Source: the human T2T-CHM13v2.0 reference genome, Homo sapiens. Taken from it: a DNA stretch of 64,000 bases. The translations under genes were made by a program, and so were the position numbers. Position 1 is the stretch's first letter, and each line of letters opens with the position of its first letter. Where the stretch lies: the NCBI RefSeq assembly GCF_009914755.1, contig NC_060933.1; one strand, 5' to 3'. Shown piece after piece: positions 55,590-64,000 of the stretch. The notes under the pieces are model-generated. The model saw only the letters and a list, made by a program, of their open reading frames with translations. It had not been told where the DNA came from and made no database searches.

Positions 55590-55643
<54 letters not shown>

Positions 55644-55686
55644 GTATGTGTGTGTGTATATATATATGTACACACACACACATATG
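55590..55686. repeat. Perfect (TA)26 followed by a compound (TG)/(TA)/(CA) repeat
   Basis: Uninterrupted TA run at 55590-55641, then atgtatgtgtgtgtgtatatatatatgtacacacacacacatatg. Confidence 0.97.
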
Positions 55687-56787
55687 TAATCTCAAGTTCA
55701 TCATTGTTTTCTCTATACAATGGTCTTTGTCAGTCAGACAGAAAGACTGAAGGTATGTTTTTCAAGTAGACTCAGGCACCATCATGACTTATTAATTCAC
55801 CAGCCCTAACAAGTGCCTTACAAGGTGCCAGGCACGTAGTAGGGCTGTTGCAGAATGCTGTTGAAATGACCATCCATTTCAAGAGCAATACTCCTGGGCT
55901 GCTGCTTCCATTCCAACAAGTGCTCTGGAGAAAAAGGTGGGAGCTGGCCTTGGGAGTGTAAATTGCAGTTCCTCAGGAGATGCAGGAAGAGGGGAAAAGG
56001 GATCTGCTGCTTTTCCAAGAGAATCTGGGATCATCCCACCACTAAGTTCAGCAGGTTCTTGGCTCTTTATTTGTCCAGCAGAAATGATAAGCCACTATAT
56101 ATTTCCCATTTTAGTCACTTTTAGCATTAACTGGGAACTCTGATGACTTCAGCGCTGATTCCTTGTAAGATTCTGAATGATGAAGCATCGCATAGCAACA
56201 TTCTCCTCCCTGCTTTATCTAGGTCCTACTTAGGCATAAAAATCCAAACCACAAAGCAAATTAACTCACCAACTTCACAACTGCATCTTTTGCTTCATAG
56301 AAAAGGGTCCTTTTAAGTAAGAAATTCCCGTGGTGTTTATCTGTGTGGACAATAACAGAGTGCCTCATTCTGAAGACTGTTACTAGAGCTAAATGAAAAA
56401 TGGACTGAAATGTATTTAGCACAGAACTTGGCATAGTAAATGCTAAAATTCACTTTTTTAAAAAAGTGTCTTTATGATATAGTTTAACTTATCTACAAAT
56501 GTGTAGGTACCCAGTGATCTAAAGTGAGAAACCCCTGAACTTGGTATGCCTGCTTCTTCTTACTGACCTTATTATTTCAGGCATCAAATACCTGTATTAA
56601 GTTTGAAATTCAGACTCACCTTGACAGGGACTCCTCTATAGGAAAAATAATGTTAAAAGGCAACAATAGTAATGCCTATCTTACATATACGCATACATGT
56701 GCACACACATGCATACCCACCTCTTCCTCTTGCCTTGACACAGCCCTGTGCTTTAACCTGCCTGATCCACCCTCTGCCTTCTCACAG

Positions 56788-56922
56788 ATCCCCCCCAAGT
56801 CCCCACACAGTTGGAAGACATCAGGGCCTTGCTCGCTGCCACTGGACCGAACCTTCCTTCAGTGCTGACGTCTCCTCTGGGAACACAGCTGGTCCTGGGT
56901 CCTGGGAATTCTGCTCTCCTTG
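56788..56922 (+). CDS. ADAMTSL1: ADAMTSL1 exon (135 nt), linker and start of Ig-like domain 4
   Basis: Acceptor ttctcacag|AT and donor CTTG|gtgagt. Hand translation gives DPPQVPTQLEDIRALLAATGPNLPSVLTSPLGTQLVLGPGNSALL(G). This frame is not in the supplied ORF track. Confidence 0.94.
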
Positions 56923-57669
56923 GTGAGTCTAACCCTCGGAAACATTGGGCAGAAAGCCAGGACTGGACAGGATTTATGGATGGGTGACTGTTTGCAGGTG
57001 GGAAGGAGGCAGCAGTCGGGGGTGGCCAACAGGAAATCACTAAATTGCCTACAGAATCCAGACTCACCAGTGGAAACTTGGCTGACTTTCCATATGAGGT
57101 GAATGCAGTTGTTAGTCTGGACTCTGTGGCTTGTCTAGATTCCAATATGGCTCCTTTCTGAATCCTCTTGGGTTGATGCCATAGTCCAGATCCTCTCAAT
57201 CAGATTGACTCTTGAAACTTTGAGAAAGTTACAGCAGTAAAGAACAGCTCCTATATCTCCTCTCCTCTTGCTAACCATTCCCCAGTACTCCTCCATGATC
57301 CCCTGCCACCTAAACTAGAGCAATAATCAACTTTCGAGGAGAAAGTCAAATATCAGCACCCTCCAAAAGGAAGACTATACTATTTAGACCAGCTTTCTGT
57401 AGATATAGCCTAAAGCCAACCCAGATAGACTCCTCAAGGCAAGTGCTGAACTAATTTCACTAAGTACAACCTCCCTGTCATCTAGTGTTGGAAACCTTCA
57501 CCAAGTTATTTCCCACATGGGTAGTGCCCTCTGGTAGCAAGGAGTTGTACGAGGGCATTCAAGTCCTGGGCCCCCACACGAGAATCATGAAGATGCCGGA
57601 AAAACCTTCACACATGACCTCTGGAGACGGACAAGGTGGAAGAGAAGAATTCTTCTGCCTTCAAAAGGC

Positions 57670-57790
57670 CTGGTGGGGGGGTGGGGAAATAGGCCTATAC
57701 ATGTGCAGGGACAGGGAATATATGAGAAGTTTCTGTACCTTCCTCTTGTGCTGTGAACCTAAGATCTAAAACTCCTCTTTAAAATAAAAC
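57670..57790 (+). mobile_element. Short old L1M 3' end
   Basis: gcctatacatgtgcagggacagggaatatatgagaagtttctgtaccttc...tgctgtgaacctaa...aaaataaaa. Confidence 0.6.
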
Positions 57791-60164
57791 AAAAAGCCAA
57801 AGCCTACAAAGTGGGGAAAATCTTCATACTAAGTCTATGTGATCCCAAATGTTGACAATAACAGCTAGAATTATTCCTGTGGCTCAAAGTTTAAAGCTTC
57901 TGTATTCTTTTACCCACCAACTAGCAAGGAACAGGAGGCCAGTGGGTTCCCAGTCGTATTGGTGATGATTTATCAACATGGCCACAGGGGCCTGGTATCT
58001 TTAGGATTAGAGCACAGAAACATGACCCTCAATTTTCGTTTTCATCTGAAACTTGCAAAGAATCTTCACAGCTTATCAGCATATGGAAAAATCTGATTTC
58101 TCTATTTTTGACTTGAGTAAAAATAAGACACAGGGAAAGTAACAAGTAGCCCTATTCTGTTGCCCATGATTTATACAAGTTTGGCACTGAGTTTTTCTAT
58201 ATCTTGTTGATCAGAATTAATAGAAGCTTCAAATTGCATATTGCCTTTGGCTTACAAATAGTAAACTGACTCCCAGTGAAATGTGCATTGTGAACTTCTT
58301 TATTTTAGAATTACTATGAGAAACTCTCATAACTGTTCATCACAGCCTGGTCACAAGCAGGGTGGCAGCAATTGTTTATTTTCAAGTTCAGTAACTCTTT
58401 TGGGTCACTCAGGTGCCATTTAGCATGCTGGAAAAGTTAGCCTGTTCATATTTTTTCATGATAGCTTTACTTTCAGTCTCCCTTATTCTGGAATAATATT
58501 TTGTTTCATTTTAGCCATGGGCAATAAGAATTTATTGTACTTTATGTTGCCACATTCCATTGCTAGTTTGTGGTGCTTTGTTACCTTAGGCTGGTATTTA
58601 AATCCAGCAGTTAAGAGACACCTTAAATTCCCAGTCCACATCCAGACTGCTCCATTTGAATGAGACAGTGAGTCAGTATTCATAAAGTCCCTGAATGTAA
58701 CTGCCTGGACCAAATGAACTTGAATGGTGAATGTCAGTGTCACGCCAGCACTATAGAACTAGGAGACTCACATGGAATTGTGGAGATGAATGAGAAAATG
58801 ATGTCAAGTATCAGGACTCTGAGAAGTAGGTTGAGACAGCCAGAGCCTCATTATGATGCTTTGGAGCTGAGCACTGCAGAATGGGTGGGATTCAAATAGG
58901 CAGAAAGGAAGAGAAATGGGCACTCAAGGTGAGGAAGATTCCATGAGCCCCAAGATGAAAAATGTGCAAGATATGTATCAGATGTCTGTTCAGAAACAAC
59001 TGTAAAACACCATTGCTTTAAGACTGATGACAGGCAGCTAAACTGGGATAGAAACTAGGCCATCAAAACGAACAAGCCTCAGCCACAGCTTGTCCATTCA
59101 GATTTGGCTCAGACCCTCACCCCAACAATCCTAATGCCCTCCTTCCATCCTGAACTTCCCCAGCTAGTACCTCATCCTGGTCTTAGTCCAGTGGCTCCCA
59201 TCTGGACAAGCTCCCATCCCTGACTCCTATAGGTGGCCCTTTCAGACCACAGTGTGCGCTCTGGGTATGAGAAATAAGCCAGGGAGGCTGGAGAGGAGGT
59301 TTTGTGTAGGGTTGCTGAGAAATTAACATCAAACTGTGGAAGCCATGAATATAAAACAAAGGAAGTAGATGTACTACCTGGGGAACGGGAACAAATCTTT
59401 CGAGGGTTTTTAAATAGGAGAATGACATACTAAAAGTAATGTATGAGAAGAATTAATCTGGTATTCTGTAGGAATAATCGATAGTGGGAGAGATTTAATG
59501 AAGAAACCCTATTTTGAGGATAACAGAATTCTAGACCAAGGTGGAAATACATGGCAAAGATACTGTTAATCACTCCTCCCACAGCCAAGACATCCCTAGT
59601 CAGTCGTGACATTCTTTTTCACTCAGCTCAGGCACTGCCTTGGAATTCATTTTAATGTTCTTACCAAGCCTGGTGGTAGTTGATATATACAGGATGAAAG
59701 CCATTCACCAGCCTTGTTGTAGCCAGTGAGTGGTGAGATGCCAGCCACTGTATGTTTCCTCTATGTACGAGGTCAGCTGGCTGTAACAGCCTTACAGAAC
59801 TTCATGGTTCTGTGGCACAGGAACAGTAACTCATAGACCCTGATTTTCATGTTTCCCAGCAGTAAGGGGGGAAAGGAGAGTTGGAGTTTTTTAAGCCATG
59901 TGTCAGAGCTCATTCTTCTTCATTAAGTCTGGAGTGTTGAGATCCCCAGTAGGTGAGACTGTTCCAGAACTGGCTGTTTTAGTTATCGGACACCCTGGTA
60001 TTGATTTCACCTCAAGCCACTGCTACAACTCTCCAAAGGGAATGTTGCCTGAGCAACACATGCACAGGCCCACCTGGGCCTCACTTTTCCATAACTATAA
60101 AAATGAAACCTTGGGACTAGCAAGTGCTTGTTGCTCTCATACTCTTGACCACATGGCTTAGACA

Positions 60165-61357
60165 TAGAAATGCCCAGTAGAGGGTTGAATGATATTTCTG
60201 TCTTTAGGTCTTTGAGGAATTGACCACTGTCTTCCACAATGGTTGAACTAATTTACACTCCCACCAACAGTGCATAAGCATTTCATTTTCTCCACAACCT
60301 TGCCAGCATCTGTTGTTTTTTGACTTTTTATTAATAGCCATTCTAACTGGTGTGAGATGGTATCTCATTGTGGTTTTGATTTGCGTTTCTCTAATAATCA
60401 GTGACGTTGAGTTTTTTTCATGTGATTGTTGGACGCATGTATATCTTCTTTTGAAAAGCGTATGTTCACATCTTTGCCCACTTTTTAATGCAATTGTGTT
60501 TTTTTGTAAATTTAAGTTCCTTATAGATGCTGGATGTTAGACATTTGTCAGATGTATACTTTGCAAAAATTTTCTCCCATTCTGTAGGTTGTGTTTCCTC
60601 TGTTGATAGTTTCTTTTGTTGTGCAGACGCTCTTTAATTAGATCTTGTTTGCCAGTTTTTGCTTCTGTTGCAATTGCTTTTGGTGTCTTCATCATGAAAC
60701 CTTTGCCCATGCCTATGTTCTGAATGGCAATGCCGAGGTTGTCTTCTAGGGTTTTTACAGTCTTGGGTTTTACATTTAAGTCTTCAATCCATCTTGAGTT
60801 AATTTTTGTATATGGAGTAAGGAAGGGACTCAGTTTTAATCTTCTCTATATGGCTAGCCAGTTATCCCAGCACCATTTATTAAATAGGGAATCCTTCCCC
60901 CATTTCTTGTTTTTGTCAGTTTATCGAAGATTAGATGGTAGTAGGTATATGGCCTTATTTCTGGGTTCTCTATTCTGTTCCATTGGCCTATGTGTCTGTT
61001 TTTGTACCAGCACCATGTTTTTTGGTGACCATAGCCCTGTAATATACTTTGAAGTTGGGTAGCGTGATGCCTCCAGCTTTGTTCTTTTTGCTTAGGATTG
61101 CTTTGGCTATTAGGGCTTTTTTTGGGTTCCATATGAATTTTTAAATAGTTTTTCCTAGTTCTGTGAAAAATGTCGTTGATAGTTTAATAGGAATAACATT
61201 GAATCTGTAAGTTGCTTTAGGCAGTATGACCATTTTAACAATGTTGATTCTTCTTATCGATGAGCATGGAATGTTTTTCTATTTGTTTGTGTCATCTCTA
61301 ATTTCTTTCAGCAGTGTTTTGCAGTTCTCTTTGTGGAGATCTTTCACCTTCTTTGTT
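60165..61357 (-). mobile_element. L1PA/PB-like ORF2 3' fragment
   Basis: ORF 60854-61132(-) contains [20 protein letters not shown], which is L1 ORF2. Confidence 0.9.
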
Positions 61358-61419
61358 ATTCATTTATAAGATACAAATACTTCTTTATACGTTTGACCCA
61401 TATTTGACAATCTGGTAGT

Positions 61420-62440
61420 TGATATTCAATATATAATACATATTTAAAGTTTAAAATATGATGTTTTGATATATGTATACACCTGTGAAATCATCACCAC
61501 AATCAATATAATGAACATATTTTATCAGCCCCCAAAGTTACCTCATATCCCTTTGTAATTGTTCCCTCATACCCCTACCCCCACCACTACTGCTCCCACC
61601 CTAGGTGAACACTGATCTGATTTATGTCGGGGTAAACTAGACTGCACTTTATAGAATGGTATAGAAAAGGACTAATGCCTTTGGGATATTTTATTTCTTT
61701 CACTCAGAATAATTACTTTGACATTCATCCATATTGTAACATGGATCAACAGGGCATTTCTATTGCTAATTAGTATTTCATTGTATATACTACAGTTTGT
61801 TTAATCAGTCACCTGTTCAGAGACGGAATCGTTATTTTCAGTTTCTGGTTATTACAAATCTGCTGTGAAATTCATGTACATTAATCTTTGTATGCACACA
61901 TAGTTTCATTTCTCTTGGTTAAACACCTAGGAGTGAAATGACTTGCTCGAATCATAGGTATATATTTAACATTTTAAGAAACAGCCAAACTGTTTTCCAA
62001 AGTAGTTGTACTACTTTACATTCCCGCCAGCAGTGTAAGAAAGTTCTGAGTTCTCCTTGTCCTCACCAAAGCTTACTGTAGTTGGTCTTTTGCATTTTGG
62101 ACATTTTACTGTGTGTGTAGTGGTTTCTCATTGTGGTTTTAATTTGCATTCCCTTAATTACTAGTAGTGTTGAACATGTATTCATGTGTTTATTTGCCAT
62201 CCTGATTTCTTCTTTGGTAAAATGTCTGCTCAGTTTTTTGGACCTTTATTTAAACATTGAGTTGTTTACTTATATCAAATTTTCAGTGTTTTAATATATT
62301 TTGAATATAAGTCTTTTAATGAGATATGTAATTTCCCAATACTTTGTCCCAGTCAGCAGCTATATTTTCATTCTCTTAACAGTGTCTTACAAAGAGTAGA
62401 AGATTTTGATTTTGATGAGGCTCAACTTACCCTTTTCTTA
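61420..62440 (-). mobile_element. Old L1M (L1MC/MB-like) 3' fragment
   Basis: atatatgtatacacctgtgaaatcatcaccacaatcaa...aaactgttttccaaagtagttgtac. Confidence 0.8.
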
Positions 62441-62441
62441 A

Positions 62442-64000
62442 TTTTTTAAAATAATTTCAACTTTTATTTTAGATTCAGGAGGTACACGTGCAGGTGTGTT
62501 ACATGGGTATATTTCCCAATGCTGAGATTTGAGGTATGATTGATCCCATCACCCAGATACTGAATATAGTACCCAATAGTTTTTCAGCTCTTGCCCTGTT
62601 CCTTTCCTCTCTCATTAGTAGTCCCCAGTGTCTACTGTTGCCATTTTTATGTCCATGAGTACCCAATGTTTAGTTCCTGCTTCTAAGTGAGAACATGTGG
62701 TATTTGGTTTTCTGTTCCTGCATTATCCTGCTTAGGATAATGGCCTCCAGCTGCATCCATGTTGCTGCAAAGGACATGATTTCATTCTCTTTATGGCTGC
62801 ATAGTATCCTATGGTATATATGTACCATATTTTATTTATCCAATCCACTGTTGATGGGCACCTAGGTTGATTCCATGTCTTTGCTACTGTGAATAGTGCT
62901 GCAATGAACACACAAATGCACGTGTCTTTTTGGTAGAATGATTTATTTTCTTTTGAATACATATCCAGTAATGGGACTGCTGGATTGAATGATCGTTGTG
63001 TTTTAAGTTCTTTGAGAAATATCCAAACTGCTTTCCACAGCGGCTAAACTAATTTACAGTCCCACCATCAGTACAAAAGCATTCCCTTTTCTCTGCAGCA
63101 TCACCAGCATCTGTTGTTTTTTGATGCTTAAATTGTAGCCATTTTGACCAGTCTGAAATGGTATCTCATTGTCTTCTTTTGAGAAATGTCTGTTCCTGTC
63201 TTTTGCCAATTTTTAATGGGGTTAGTTGTTTTTTGCTTGCTCAGTTTAAGTTCCTTATGTATTCTGAATATTAGACCTCTGTTGGATACATAGTTTTTGA
63301 ATATTTTCTCCCATTCTGTAGGTTGTCTGTTTACTCTGTTGATAGTTGCTTTTGCTGTGCAGAAGCTCTTTAGTTTGATTAGGTCCAACTTGTCAATTTT
63401 TTGCTTTGTTTCAATTACTTTTGAGAACTGTTTTGGTTACTGTAGCCCTGTAGTATAGTTTGAAGTTGGGTGGCATGATGCTTCTATCTTTGTTCTTTTT
63501 ATTTAGGATCACTTTGGCTATTCAGGCTCTTTTTTGGTTGCATATGAATTTTAGAATAGTTTTTTCTAATTCTGTGAAAAATGATGTTGATAGTTTGATA
63601 ATAATAGCATTAAATCTGTAGATTGCCTTGGGCAGTATGGCCATACTAATGATATTGGTTCTTCTAATCCATAAGCACGGAATGCTTTTCCATTTATGGA
63701 TGTCATCTATGATTTCTTTCAGCATTGTGTTTCATAGTTCTCCTTGTGGAGATCTTTAACCTTCTTGGTCAGATATATTCCTAGATATTTTATTTTTGTG
63801 TATTTTTGTGTTGCTATTGTAAATGGCATTGCATTCTTGATTTGGCCCTCAGCTTGAAGGTTATTGATATACAGAAATGTTACTGATTTTGTACATTGAT
63901 TCTGTATCCTGAAACTTTACTGAAGTCATTTATCAATTCCAGGAGCCTTTTGGAAGTCTTTAGGGTTTTCTAGATATATAATCATATAGTCAGTGAAGAG
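62442..64000 (-). mobile_element. L1PB-like element with internal deletions, running off the window end
   Basis: tttcaacttttattttagattcaggaggtacacgtgcagg. ORFs 62732, 63128 and 63522 (-) are L1 ORF2 C-terminal peptides. Consensus jumps occur near 63170 and 63430. Confidence 0.9.

Noticed and set aside
56650-57199. ORF-track entries overlapping the last exon (56650, 56672, 56753)
   Set aside because: Wrong frames or strand. The true exon frame (DPPQVPTQ...) follows from splice phase.
57783-57788. AATAAA from a sense L1 3' end, ~860 nt after the last exon
   Set aside because: No clear GU-rich downstream element, and AATAAA is frequent in these AT-rich introns.

Overview
Primate (almost certainly human) genomic DNA from inside ADAMTSL1 (punctin-1), transcribed on the + strand. 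Six consecutive coding exons (2696-2849, 3734-4859, 22335-22462, 44037-44165, 53211-53390, 56788-56922) have canonical AG/GT ends and compatible phases. They splice into one open frame encoding the end of a thrombospondin type-1 repeat, three Ig-like domains with a long linker after the first, and the start of a fourth Ig domain. The gene continues beyond both window edges. The introns hold 14 Alus, many L1, L2 and MIR fragments, MLT1-type LTRs and hAT MER elements; subfamily calls are from remembered consensus features, not a RepeatMasker run. I see no RNA gene, CRISPR array, prokaryotic system or foreign insert, and I cannot claim a new biological system. The most unusual signals are: (1) several short locally templated insertions or template-switch scars, including a 44-bp inverted copy inside a MER58A, a MIR piece copied into a MER58B, a ~95-bp inverted self-copy in an L1, and a ~420-bp inversion that flips an L1 3' end together with its TSD; (2) an in-frame, strong-Kozak ATG with a hydrophobic leader just upstream of the CpG-rich 1126-nt exon, which could start a short isoform; (3) a candidate poison exon and inverted-Alu brackets around two exons.
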